Assembly: GCA_029953675.1 (NCBI GenBank)
Contig: JAMWBK010000006.1
Location: 2,170,001 to 2,234,000 of the forward strand
Length of the DNA: 64,000 nucleotides
Reading direction: 5' to 3'
DNA from: Rhodosorus marinus CCMP1338
Lineage: Eukaryota; Plantae; Rhodophyta
Part shown: positions 38,395 through 51,037 of the stretch, piece by piece
Layout of the letters: the number at the start of each line of letters is the position of its first letter
Numbering within the stretch: the stretch's first letter is position 1
The notes under the pieces: model-generated
What the model saw: only the letters and a program-made list of their open reading frames with translations
Told to the model about the DNA's origin: nothing
Databases searched by the model: none
Position numbers and translations under genes: made by a program

Positions 38395-39799
38395 CTAGCG
38401 CGGATCAGGTCCTCAGTCTTTGAATCTTCCGAGAGACATAGTTCAAATCCACACGATCCTGGTGCCGAGACCTCTCTTCATGTTGTAGCAGATCCTACGT
38501 AGGGCACACAAGTCATTTGGCTTAGTCTCCTCTCGAAGCCACAACTCATAGGTCCTACCATCTCCCCTGTTATCTCGGTGCGTACCCGCAATTCCCGTCC
38601 ACTCACTGCTCTCCTGCACATAGGGCAGGTTTCGCTCTTCTCAAGCCAATCGCTCCAGCAAGCTTTGCAGCAAACATGACCACATGGGGATGTCCGCAGC
38701 TCGTAGTCTGTTTCGCAGACCACGCAATAACCACCTCCTCGAGCCCCTAGTACATCCAACTTGGACCTCAGCCCGGACTGCCGCAAATTGTTCAAAAAAC
38801 AAAGAAATAATTAGTCCTTGCGCTCCCACCGAATTTCGTATTGCTTCTATGTCCTGGGAGACGACGTTGTCTACCTCTGCATCAATCAGAACTATTAGGG
38901 TCCTAACCATTCGCTTTTTACGGCCCTGAACGTCGGACCATGAATGATTCCTTCCCGCTCTCCAGTCCAGGTGCATATCTTCCAGCTCCGACAGTTTGTC
39001 ACAAAGGTCGGACTGGAGGCTGTAGTCGCTGTTTGTATCCTTAATTGACAGGTCTCCACAGTACCTGCGGGGAATATCCAACAATTGATTTTCCGATGTC
39101 AGTCTCGAATCCCGAACAAGCGAGGACGCAGTCGGCGTGGACATGACGACTGTTCGTACCTTTCAACCGTTTTGTTCAGCTCATCTAATCGATTCTGAGC
39201 ATGGGCAGCGATGGTGTTAATCATGAACGTCTCCTGCACATGCGTCTTGCTCTGCACCTGCAACAGAAGTATTCGCACAGAAAGCTTGTTTTCCCTCAGC
39301 TTCTTCAGCACGGAAACTTCTTCCCAGTTTAGCGACGAGTTCGACGGGACCTGTAGGGAATCAAGCTGCGCACGACAACAAAACCAACGTAAGATCAGAA
39401 GCTGTTAAGGTATACGACGGAATATCCACAGTTTCAAGGACAGGGCCTCTGATAATATCTCGCAGGCTCCAGAAATGGTGTTTAGAATTTCCAAGGAATC
39501 TTCCTTACCATGCCCATGCAACTCTCCGTATCCGAATTCATTTTCCCGCATGTTTCAATAACATCATTTGCCTTTCCTACTACTGAAACTGGGAACCTGT
39601 GTAGCGCCTCATAACCCTCAAAAGTCTTGTAAATGGACTGGACCTTCTCAGTCGCATTTGTCAAGGCCTTGCTGCAATTCTTAACAATCTTCCTTACTCT
39701 TCGAAGCTCCGAATCCAGAGTCAACAGTTGGTCATTCTTGACGCTCGATTTCTTCGACTTCTTCCATACATCGAAATCTAAGATATTCTTACCCTCCAT
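38395..39799 (-). CDS. Helical/coiled-coil N-terminal region plus C-terminal C3HC4 RING finger (putative E3 ligase), multi-exon
   Basis: RING CVVCETDYELRTSPCGHVCCKACWSDWLEKSETCPMCR. Upstream helical exons in ORFs 39482-39799, 39099-39311 and 38641-39144 have GT-AG junctions. Confidence 0.7.
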
Positions 39800-41152
39800 T
39801 TCCGTGAAACAGAAGAAGCCAGCTCACGCAAAACCAAGTCAGAGAACCGTACCACACACTCTTCGTTCCCTGTCCGCACAACGACAAAGCCCACAACTTT
39901 TGCACGGCAACAACTATGAAACAACTCCTTCAACAAGATCCAGACTAAACTCAGATCCTGAACATCCCAACTAACCCGCCATCCTTTCCTTACTAAGCGC
40001 AGTGCTCAGACTGCCCTTAAGAGCCCAACACTGGATTGCAGAACGAAATCTACCAAATCTCCGCCAATTCACAGAGGAAGATAACCACGAAACCAGAAAG
40101 CACAAAAGAGCAACTACGCTTACAATTTTCTTCCTTTCTACAAGCTCAAAAACACATTCTTCACAAGCGCTTGCTCCATATCTCCTTAACCAAGCTCTCC
40201 ACCCAAGCATGCTCTTGGCCAAGTACCCATTTATGTCCCCCCCCCCCCCCACCAAGCTTCCATTCACAATGCGAAAACTTCCGCGAAGGCATGCAACTTT
40301 CTTACCCCGGGTATTTTTCCGGTTGCTTCAAACCGGGTCAATCATTTATCCCCTAGAAAAATTCTCTAAGTATGTTATTTATATATAAAATCAAATATTT
40401 TGCTCCTCTAGACTGTTTGAGTTTACCCTCTGCAACTTTATATTCTAGTTCAGCGCATTTTCGTTCACAGGGGTACACTCGTCAGCCCCGCTGGAAGCCC
40501 TGACTTGCATGTTCAGAATCTTTTAAAAAACTATAACAACATGAAAGCACGCGGGCATACCACAAGGGGGTTTACTAGTATGGAAATCCCATGCTTTCCA
40601 TATTCAATTGAATTTTAGTCGTTCGTATTACCCTTGACCTGGGCTCTTACCCGCCCTATGAAATCGTTGTATCTGGTTATGTGTAAAGATCAATGTTAAT
40701 AATTTAGTACTATTTCCGCCATGAAAAAATTAATTTGGTAATAAGTTGGGGTTTTGGCTAAGTTTTGGTCTTTTTCAATTCTAATATTGAATTTATCCTT
40801 GATGTAGAACACCTCAAAGGTTCCGGATCGATGGGAGGTTGGATGACGCTGCCAAACATTCTAACTCCGGGGCGCAATTTCAGTGGTGGCGGTTGGAGAC
40901 ATCCTTCACAGTGCTCTGATACCTTTGCTTCGAAGGAGGACGCCTCCGTCGGCAGTGGATTAGACTGTGTGTGTGGTTTCCCATACGAGTCATGACGATG
41001 CGTACTTTACGTTTCAACCTCAGCTCTCAATTTTGGTGACCCTTTCACCTGCTGAATCCGCTGAGCTACTCTGCATAATGCATTTGCGACGTGTAAATCT
41101 TTTCCTTTTTCGTTCTATTCTATCCATGAGATTCGCGCGATTCGCTGTCTTT

Positions 41153-42379
41153 CTAAAGGAGGCAGCAAGTCTCAACGATGAGACTAGTTACCACGTACGG
41201 GTCTATGTTGCTGCCTGGGCGGCGATCTTCCAAGTATCCCTTGTTCTGGGCCTCTGTGGATCTCGGGATACGGATCGATGCTCCTCTGTCCGCAACTCCC
41301 CACTTGAAATCGCTGATGTTGGCCGTCTCGTGCTTCCCGGTGAGCCGCCTTTCGTTTCCTTCTCCGTAGGCTTCAATATGCACCTGATGGCGCTCACCCA
41401 TCTTCACCATGGCTTCCTTGATGACATCGAATCCGCCTTCCTCTCTCATTGCCTTGGTCGAGAAATTGGTATGACAACCAGCACCGTTCCAGTCTCCTGG
41501 CATAGGCTTGGGGTCAAAAGTAACGACGATGCCAAACTCCTCGCTCAACCTCTGCATGATGTAACGCGAGACCCACATCTGGTCCCCGGCCTCGATACCT
41601 ACGCATGGTCCGACCTGATATTCCCACTGAGACATCATGACCTCGGCGTTCGTTCCGGATACGTTCAGCCCAGCGTAAAGACAGGCATTCATATGCGCGT
41701 CTGAAATCTCACGCCCAAAACTGATTGCTGCTCCTGCGCCACAATAATAAGGACCTTGCGGTCCCGGTTCCGAGTCGTCCTTGGGCCATCCAAACGGCCG
41801 CCCATCGAGCTCCATAAGAGTATATTCCTGTTCAATTCCGAACCACGGGACCTGATCTTCGATCTTTTCCATGACCTCTGCTGCCTTGCTGCGGGTATTC
41901 GATACCAAAGGCTCTCCCTGGGGAGTATATCCTTCGCATAAGACAAGAATATTATCGCCCTTCCTGAAAGGATCCTTGTAGATAGCAACGGGCCTGAGCA
42001 TAACTTCGGAGTCGTTTCCCATTGCTTGTTCCGTGGACGAACCGTCGTAGTTCCACTCCGGTAGATCCGAGACTGATTCAGGAGCCTTATCGAGGACCTT
42101 GGTCTTTGATCTGATATCCGTAGCATCTCTGCAAATAGGCTTCCCGGTGGACATATCCGCCACTTTTCCACCGAGCCAGATGTACTCCGCAAGGACTTTA
42201 CCACCGATGTCCGTAGCTGAATACTTTTCCTTCAACTCCTCAGCGATCGGCTTGCGGATCAGTGTTCCCATGCGAACAACGTTGGATGATCTTACCGAGC
42301 GAGGGTTGGCCCTCTGTGAGGCCACCCTGTTGCCAGCCCACGTTCCCTTCCCAACCGCGATTCCGGACACGAACGCCAT
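41153..42379 (-). CDS. GS2: Glutamine synthetase type II with plastid transit peptide, intronless CDS
   Basis: MAFVSG transit peptide, [71 protein letters not shown] and YLEDRRP.SNIDPY. Confidence 0.97.
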   Translation of the reverse strand: MAFVSGIAVGKGTWAGNRVASQRANPRSVRSSNVVRMGTLIRKPIAEELKEKYSATDIGGKVLAEYIWLGGKVADMSTGKPICRDATDIRSKTKVLDKAPESVSDLPEWNYDGSSTEQAMGNDSEVMLRPVAIYKDPFRKGDNILVLCEGYTPQGEPLVSNTRSKAAEVMEKIEDQVPWFGIEQEYTLMELDGRPFGWPKDDSEPGPQGPYYCGAGAAISFGREISDAHMNACLYAGLNVSGTNAEVMMSQWEYQVGPCVGIEAGDQMWVSRYIMQRLSEEFGIVVTFDPKPMPGDWNGAGCHTNFSTKAMREEGGFDVIKEAMVKMGERHQVHIEAYGEGNERRLTGKHETANISDFKWGVADRGASIRIPRSTEAQNKGYLEDRRPGSNIDPYVVTSLIVETCCLL

Positions 42380-43399
42380 CTCTAGTAGATTAAACTCTCT
42401 CACTTCAAATCGACAAATCAAGTTCTAGTCACCCGATCTTCACACGACAGCGTCCATTCGACGACGATGCCTCACACCGTAGCACACTCGACCCCTTCCT
42501 TCTAATCGCCTTTACATCCTTCCCGACAACACGAAAACGTCAAATGACCGCAGAAAACCAAAAAAAAACACAAAAACAAAAACCTGAAGCTAATTCCGTA
42601 AACAATTCCGTCCTCTTACCCACCACCACCCTACCCTTCCCAAGCACGCGAAACCGAGCCAAATTTCCAACCCGTAACCCAAATCTGCAAGAGTCTTCGA
42701 TCTGAACCGGATATGTTAAGTTTTTGTACTTTTTTCCATGTACCTCCCCGTCCCAACTAGAGCAATTTCCACCCTAGATGGTTCCTCGCCTTTTACTATA
42801 CAAAGATCCTCGTCTCTCCCCCCCCTCTCCTTTCCGTGCAACAAAATTTAGTGGAAATTTATTCAACTAGTATTCACTTTTTTGTAACATATATGCTGTT
42901 AAACTGGCATATTCGATAAACCAAAGACGGTTAGTGAATCTATGATGATTTTGTGATGCTTTGGAATATTGTAATCCTTTACAATTTTAAAATACATACC
43001 ACTGGTTGACTGAAATATAGGTTCAAGCCCAGATTTTGCATATGGTTGCATGAAAAGCCGTCTTTCTTGTGAAGCCTTTGTAAATCGGATGATTTTGAAC
43101 CATGTAGACAGGGGTATTGCTTAGCTATGTGTCTAGAGGGAGTTCCAGGGCTCACGTGAGTTGCCCTCGATTTGGCGCAATTGATGTTTCTCTGGCAAAA
43201 ATCAAGGGTTGTAGAGAAGTCCAAAACAACGGAAAACCGTATTGGAATCCTGTTCTTACATAGGTTTCTCCGCTAAAAGGAATAAAAAGGGGGCCCTGTC
43301 TAACGAAGGAAAATTTTGGTGGCTTCCGATAAAAATTCATGAAGGGATTTCTGATATTTTTCTATTGGTTAGATATTTTTTTCTGTCTCAGAGCAGATT

Positions 43400-43906
43400 G
43401 TGGTCGTGAGCCTTTCACAACGGCCAGTGATTGGGTGGGCTCGGAAGGATAGTCGGCCTCCAGTAGCGCTAAACTCGATTCTAAAAAAATCTTGTATTGC
43501 TTTGTCCAACTACGATTTGCCGAAAGGGAAACTAGTAGCAAAGAGATTCCTTTTGGATAAAGCACCGTTTGCACCGTTCCCACGGAGCACGTTTCATCAG
43601 GTACGGCGGGCCGCGATTCATCTCGAGGTGATTTCTCTGACCACACCTACGCACCGCATTAAAAAGCCAATTCCAAACTTTTGCAAACACTAGTTGCAGA
43701 TCTGCGCGAATCTGGAATTGGTGCAGTCCCAAGTCATCGCCCTCCTCAGTGGGAAAGAACGCGCTGATCGAGCTCAAATGGCACCCCCTATGTTGGAAAA
43801 CGATAGCGTTCTGTTGAACATGTGGAAGCGTAGCGGTTGCACGGTTTCCCAATGTAAATCAGAAAGATCTATGGCTTATTGCCTGTTGCGCTCATGTAGA
43901 AGCTGA
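43400..43906 (+). CDS. Possible small two-exon hypothetical gene
   Basis: Two same-frame ORFs are separated by a TAG that lies at the end of a candidate GTACGG...CACTAG intron. No family recognised. Confidence 0.2.
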
Positions 43907-44461
43907 GGGGTCGGAAATCTAAAATTAAAGGGGATCAATCAGTATGGCAGCTAAGATCAAAATGCAAATGCCCTTAGAAGCCTCTTGCGTCACATGACAG
44001 GGACGAGAAGGTAGGTTGTGGAAGTGACCAAGCATCTTTAGTGGGTTATATGCTGAGTTGACAACAGTGGTAGTGTTGGGATTCCGGTTCACTTTTAGAA
44101 TAGGTAGTGAACTGAAACTGTAGTTCTAATCAGTAAACGGGTATTCTGCACCGGTAGCAGATTATTTTAGTTTGTGTAACATTAGCATGTGCAAATAGCA
44201 TTGACTGCACGTGTTCAGAAGATAGCGTGCCTCAACACGCCGTGCCACGCTTCCGAAGTATTTTATGCTCCTCCATATGCAGGTCGAAGTCCCTCAAGTT
44301 CATTAGAACTACACAAATCGACAAGATTCGGGTATTAGTTTTCTCTTTCTAGCATTGTTATTGCCGTAATAGACCACGAACAGGTCTGTTCAAGTAAAAC
44401 GCACTCCTATGCGCTTGTATTGCAATTTGCGTAGTGCCATGAGAATGCTTTGTTGCATTTC

Positions 44462-45691
44462 TTACCTTGGAGCTAGACTAGGCGGGGCCTCTCTTATTCT
44501 CATTCCAAGAGTATCTTCAATCGGGGTCAGCGCAGTTCGTACTGCTTCGTTCACTCCTTCAGCGCTCTCTCCCCCGCAGACGGCTGTAATGTATATCCCG
44601 ATGAGCTCTGAAATTTTGTTTCTAGAGTCGTTTCTTCTGTTGGTATCGCGATCGGAAGACAAAAAAAGCCCTGCAAACCTGGACAAGCCAGAAAGCGTCC
44701 ATCAGACTCGTGTTGTGTGAATGTCCAATGGATACGGGCTTTTGAGGAGGAGAAGGAGAAAAGCTTACCAGCGTGCGAGGGATTTTATACCCTCGTCCAA
44801 AAAGTCCAGATGACCAAAGTGCTCGAGCTCAATAAAAAGCGGGCGATAGCCAGCATCCAGTAGTTTTGCCCAATACACGTCCGAGGACTGCTTCGGAGCG
44901 GTGCCTTTTTTGCATCCGAATATCACCATCTCCTGGGGAAGTTCAGGGTTTCTGTCAAGGGCCTCTATGGATCCAACAGGATCCAGAAGCAACAAAGCCT
45001 TGAGTGTGGGCTTGTCCGCTCGTGTCGGTTGAAGCACCATGTTCATCACCGCAGCTGCACCTCTGCTGTGCGCTATTATGGTCAAACCGTTTGGAAAAGG
45101 AGTTTTCTGGTTGATCGTGCCTCTGAGGCTGTTAGTGCCGCTCGCTTCAGAAAACACCCACTCAATGACTTCTTCAGCTCTTGTCGCTTCCTCTTCCACC
45201 TTCACCCTGCTTAGGAGACCATCTGCGAGACACACACATTTCAAAGATTGTCAACCGAAAACTACCGCTCGTACTCCCTCGTTTGCTGATTCATACCTAG
45301 AAATGTGTATAATTGCGCCGCTACTACAATAATTCCCTTCCTAGCTATAGACTCGAACATGGTCCTATACGAGTTCGGCATTATCACGAACCCATGCATG
45401 AACAGAGCCACAGGACATTTGTCCTCCGGCAATACCGGAAACGCCACCACAACGGAAGGTTGGGATGTCTGCCAAGTCCATCTCCGATCAACATCGATGA
45501 GCTGAACACCAACCTCCGCCATTTCTCAGCACCAGCCTCGAAAACGAAACCGATGCTCAAGCTTGCTTTCAATCCTCACCTTCGACAAGTACGCCGAAGT
45601 TAATCCTACCCTCTCACACAAAGAAAACAGTCATCCGGTGGTTCTTATCTTATTCTATTCCTCAGCCCACACCTGCTTCATCAACGTTCAT
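44462..45691 (-). CDS. CLH: Chlorophyllase-like alpha/beta hydrolase, multi-exon
   Basis: PVALFMHGF...Y..MFESIARKGIIVVA.QLY, nucleophile AHSRGA, LLDPV and FGHLDFLD match the chlorophyllase family. Two small upstream exons (ATG 45691) splice in frame: MNVDEAG/LTSAYLSK/LIDV. Confidence 0.8.
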
Positions 45692-47806
45692 AAATATATC
45701 TCTATAGGCTAGGAATAAATTTGTTGCAGCACTTTAGGCACTCTCATGCCCAGCAGAATCGCGGTCTGCGCCCCAAATTCCCTTATATATTTTCAATACC
45801 AGGCAAACCCTCACACGAATCCATTTCAATCAAATTAATGAATCAAGCCCTGAAATTTATATTTAATAGATGTTTGTTCTGATATTGATTGAACTGATTG
45901 GCTCGTTTTTAAGCGGCATGGTTTCTTCGTTTTCCACTAGGATGCTGATTAAGCGGGGAATAAGCAGAGGTTTTCCATGCGGGCTGCTTTGCTGACCTCT
46001 TGCAGCTCTTAACTATTCTAGTAATCTGTAACCTACTCTTGATGATCATGGTGTGTTCGTATGTACGCAAACCGTCATTATACCCCGATGTGGAGGGAAT
46101 GCTTTTATGATGTATTTGTAAGTTTTTCCCTGAAAAAAACTGAACAACGTTCTGGCAGAGAGCGAGTTTCCAGTTGTGACATAAACGATAGTCTGCTAGA
46201 GCGGATCGGTGTTAAGAAGGTTTGGAAACCGCGGCAAGATTTCCACTTGGTTGAAGGAATAAGTGTGTGGCGCTTATTCAAAATGGGTTTGATAGCTGCG
46301 CTTCTATTCGATTGCTTACGTTGAAGCTGCTGCAGCAGTTCATAATTTCAGCATTTCTTTTTCAATGCTTCTATAATGACCATGATGCAAGATTCCAAGC
46401 TTGTTTCTAGAAATTTCGCAGATTGTCGCATGCCGTAAGTCTTTCTACATTGTCGATGTGCTCTAGTCGACATCCGAGTTCAACTCATCCTCACGCGTTA
46501 TCTGACGAGGTGCTATTTACATATTCATTTCTCAGTCCGTTGCTTTTGCGAGCTTGCTTTTCAGAGCTTGCTTGCGATGCGAAGAGAACTGAGTCTGCTC
46601 GAAGCACGTCAGCGGCAATATGGATGAGCTAGATTCGTTGCTCGATGCTAACAAGCAAAGCAAAGCACCAGAAAGTCCTGAACTAGTAAGGAGAATGCGC
46701 AGAAGGACTATCGTTCTAAACAGACGCTCATTTTCTAGAGCCTTCCGTCTGCGCGTTTCAAAAAAGCAGTGCTCGCTTTTCAGATCCCGCAACAGACCTG
46801 AAGGGCACAATACGACGTGTGCGCCAAAGCTACGCCCCCTCTAACCTCGAGAAAATAGCTAGCAGAGGAATGAAATCCCTCAGAAGAGCACTCTGCAAAA
46901 CTTGTTCGCCCAAGATGCCTTCTCCTCAACATCCATCCGCTGAGACCTTACCGCATCCTTGGAGGATCTTCGCCGTTCAAAGGCCGCCCCTCATAACCCT
47001 TGGCAAGAAAATGCTCTTCATGAGAAAACAGAGTGCTGAGATGGTTCGTTCTAGTGAACACGATTAGCTCTGAAAAAATTTGTGACATGACCAAGATGGC
47101 CCCTCCGTCCCATCTTATGCTGAAGCTGGGTAGGAATGGTCAAAAAATGGATACCGACCAACGGTGTTTTTTTTTTCTGATCGACGACCTGAAAAAAAAA
47201 ACGGAGGAGATACCTGCTTATCGGCTGTGATGAGAAAGCGTTGTCCTTTCGAGAGTCGAACAAAATAATCCGTTTTCGTACAAGCATTTGGCTTAGCAAA
47301 CATCTATGACACCACCAGGTCGGCCCTCTTTCCCATCTGTCTCTTAGTTACCTCTGCAAGTAAATCCATAGTTAAACCCTTCACAGTGGCAACCTCAGAT
47401 CACCGACCGTGGAGGAGATAATCTGGTTGGAGTTGGTTCGTTCATTAGATAGTCACCCAGATGATCTGTTGTTAGTATGCTGATGGTTAAAAGAAAAATG
47501 GTATGACATCAGCAGTATGGTCCTCCTTCCTATATCGCGCTGACACTGTTGAGAACGGTCAATTGACATAGACTACTCATTCAGTTTCAGATCACCGACA
47601 GTGGACGAGATATCCGGTTTGAGCTCGTGGTGCAGTAGGGTTTGCTCCTTTCAATAACAAGTCCGGCTGAAGGGGTGCGTGGTTCTGCGAATGGTAGTCC
47701 TTTCTGTCTTGTTGAGGAGCAGAGTCTTTCTTATATATATAGAGTTTTTGTTTCTGATGACGTTTGTCTTGGTCACCACAGACGAATTGTTGGAGTAGGG
47801 AAAGAG

Positions 47807-48224
47807 ATGCTGTTGTTCGTTGAAGGTGCTTGGGTTGCGAAGGTGACTGGGAGGAGGTTATGCGTTTGTTCTGGAAAAGGATTTGGAAAACAGAGCACTG
47901 ATGAATCAAATCAGCCTCCGAAAGGGAAGAAGGTTGGTATTTTCTCCATTGTTGGTGGGAAGGGTTCGCCATGCTTTGGACTTTTGACCACTGCCTGTTT
48001 CTAACGATTCGAGCGCTTACTATTTCGTGTAGGGCAAGAAGGTGAAAATTGTGCCTTGCGAGGATTGCCAAGGCACAGGAAAATTTCTGTGTCCAATTTG
48101 CAGAGGGAGTGGAGAAATGGTTGGCTTCACACAGACGATTCCTGTACGTTGTGTCCCGTGCGAAGGCGTTGGCAGCTTTCCGTATAAGTGTAAAACATGC
48201 AAAGGATTTGGACACATTGAGTGA
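47807..48224 (+). CDS. Small plastid-targeted DnaJ-type zinc-finger-only protein (4x CxxCxGxG), 2 exons
   Basis: Exons 47807-47932 and 48033-48224 (branch point ctaac at 48001). CEDCQGTG, CPICRGSG, CVPCEGVG and CKTCKGFG are present; there is no J-domain. Confidence 0.8.
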
Positions 48225-48580
48225 GGGCTACTGTTTCCGATGATCCTAGGAGAAGGGTGAGAAAGCGGATTATGTTGAACGAGGGGTTGGGTTCGACCAA
48301 GCCACGGAGGCAAACAAAAACTAGCTTAGTCGTTTCGGAAAATGGTACTATATAGGCGTACGTAAGGACCCCGCTTATAGGAATCTACCCCCTAGGATTT
48401 TTTAAAAGCAGTCCCCACATCGGAGGCTTCACTCTGGGTCAGCTTCCAGTTATACAAGTCAGTTCAACCTGCTCAGACAAAGCGTCCTATATGTACTTCA
48501 ACATGTCACGCATTCACCTCTCGCGCTGTGTACTTGGGGAAGAAGACTATCAGGACACAACACCTGCCATGTAGTAGATG

Positions 48581-50212
48581 CTACTTCGTCACGGCGTCCA
48601 TCGCAGTCGCCAAGTGTTCCACATTCGCGGAAGTCACGCCTGCCATACTGATTCTTCCACTCGATATAAGGTACACGCTGAACTGCTCCTTCATAGCTTC
48701 AACTTGAGCTGGAGAAAGCCCAGAATAGCAGAACATACCCTTCTGTCTCGTAATATGAGACCAGTCTCGAGGATTTTTCAATTCGACGAGCTTGTCAGAC
48801 AGCTGCTTCCTCATGTCAATGATTCTGTTGGCCATCCTAGACATTTCTTCAGTCCAGCTGTTGTAGAAGGAATTGTCTTTGAAGACCTCATTCACAATTC
48901 TAGATCCTTGAATTGGAGGGTTTGACCATATGGTTCGGGCTAAAATCTTGAGCTAGACGAACAGAAGACAGGGGGAACAGGAGGACCAAAAGGCTCCAAG
49001 TCAGAGTGGCTCAGGAGGAGCTGGTCTTTGTATCAAAAGTGTAGGGCTTGTTCCACAAACCTGTGACTCAATTGCCATCTTCTCTTTGTCAGAATCGGTA
49101 AGCATGCTGAGGGTTCCCAGTCGATGTCCGTAGAGACCAAAGTTCTTGGAAAACGATTGCGCGAGCATGACACGGTGACCGTCCTCAACAAATTTACGCA
49201 CAGCCCCGGCGTCAATGTCCAGACTGCCGGATGTGAAGCCTTGGTACGCCATATCGAAGAATGGAAGCAGTCCTGCCCTCTTGATGGTCTCTGAAAGAAC
49301 CTCCCATTGGTCCATGGTGGGATCAACCCCCGTAGGATTGTGAGCACAGGCGTGAAGGAGGACCACAGAACCTACTGGAGCAGACTTGAGGTCCTCGACA
49401 CAGCCTTCAAGGTCAAAACCGCAGCTATCTGGGTCATAGTATCGATACTTTCCCACTTCGCAACCACCATCTCGGAAGATCCCAGGATGGTTTGCCCAAG
49501 TCGGGGAGGGCATCAAAACAAGAGGCATTCCTGTTGATGATTTATGGAATCGAGAAATGAACTCTGCTCCAAGGCGACATGCTCCGGTTCCAGACAGTGC
49601 CTGAATTGATGCGATCTGAGAGCAGGAGAGAAAGAAACCACAAAATTGCTCTCATTACCCATCCGCGCTTTGGTTTTGCGAGATATCGGATTTCAAAAGT
49701 GTTAGACTTCGGGCGTACTAGATCGTTTTTCAGAAACTCGTTGTCCTCTGTAAATGCAAGTTTCAACGAGTTTGAAAGGAACTCCTTGTCACCGATAACT
49801 GGAAGGTACTCCATCGGTCTCTTTTCGCTCTGAATTCTCGCTTCAGCTGCCCGAACGCTGAAAATCAAGACCGACGTAGACAAGATCGGATCAGGTTAAG
49901 AGCCTTTGAAGTATGCATTCTAACTTTGTACGAAAAGTTCTTAGCGAGAGGGGCCTTCTCCCAAATTGAGACGGGATACCAATCGGCCTGAGAAGCGCAC
50001 CTGGACAAGACAAACGGCTTCCCGTTGTCATCGCGGTAGGCTCCAACTCCAAGGTTAATCTTCTTCGGGTTCTCATCTTTGTTGTAGGCAATCGTAACTC
50101 CCAAAATCGCGTCCTCTGGTCCTTTCGGCACGTCCTTCCAAACGGACATCAGTCTCCGATGCCGCTGGCCCGAAGCTCTTGACAAGCCATTCAGGACTCC
50201 ACCTCTCAGCAT
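48581..50212 (-). CDS. GOT2: Aspartate aminotransferase, mitochondrial-type, multi-exon
   Basis: Arg-rich presequence MLRGG..., then [53 protein letters not shown]-lysine [24 protein letters not shown] and SGRISMAG. Confidence 0.96.
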
Positions 50213-51037
50213 TCTTGATTCAGAGATTCCTAAAGCTCCCACAGAACGGCTTCTGTTCAGGTTGAAATTCCTGTTCAACTGTCCCCAGCAAACTTTCCAC
50301 ACTCTGTCGTCGAACAACTACTTTTGCCGGTCCTTTTCCGATAATATGCTCAGAACATAAATAGTGCGCACCACTTTGGGTCCTCGACTTCTCTTCTCAA
50401 TATCCAGTAGAGCTGACAGGCCTAGTCCCACCCCGTTCTCTAAACAAACGAGCCCGGCACGCTCTATCTATATCCCCAATGAAAAAAACTCTTAAAACAA
50501 TTCGAAACAAATGGATACTTTTTTTTCCCATCCATAAAAGAAAAGAAAAATCGAACATACTCGCCGTCAATACCAGAACCCTCGGAACCCCTTGGATGCT
50601 GGATGACTATATGTCTAAATATTGATCAGGTGGGTAAATGAGTAGAACTTACTTAGAACAACATCTTAAATAATGGAACTAATAAATCATAATGTCTCGG
50701 TTGAAGAGAACTTCTCCAGAGTAAGTCTTGGTTTAAAACCTTTTCAGATAGGGATTACCCAGGGGTTAGGATAGTTTCAAATTCGCCACCCATCAAGTTT
50801 CCTGACTAATTAGTTCTAAAAACTGAAATTGTATTGCAGCCAATTGGATTGTGGATTTTGTTTTCCTCCGCTCTGGAAACCAGATCTAGTGAAGCAGCAA
50901 TAAGGCTCATGGCAGATGTTCAGAGGTACATTTATTGGGCATGAATAATCAAAGGACACAAACACTATGCGAACCGTGACTCCTAAGATGCGGATTGGAT
51001 CTAGAGATCCTGAGCTATGCTTCCCTACTCGACAGTC

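Noticed and set aside
40580-40603. Short hairpins (tatggaaa-N8-tttccata here; tcacaaa-ac-tttgtga near 27027)
   Set aside because: Stems of 7-8 bp in AT-rich DNA are expected by chance, and I saw no ncRNA hallmarks.
42130-42170. GS insertion as an unspliced intron
   Set aside because: The possible GT-AG intervals (35 and 43 nt) would shift the frame.
43691-43693. Stop-codon readthrough joining ORFs 43400-43693 and 43694-43906
   Set aside because: The TAG coincides with a plausible 3' splice site, so splicing or chance explains it more simply.
45500-45522. ATG 45522 as the chlorophyllase start
   Set aside because: It lies inside a roughly 78-nt GTGAGG...TTCAG intron, and upstream micro-exons give an in-frame start at 45691.
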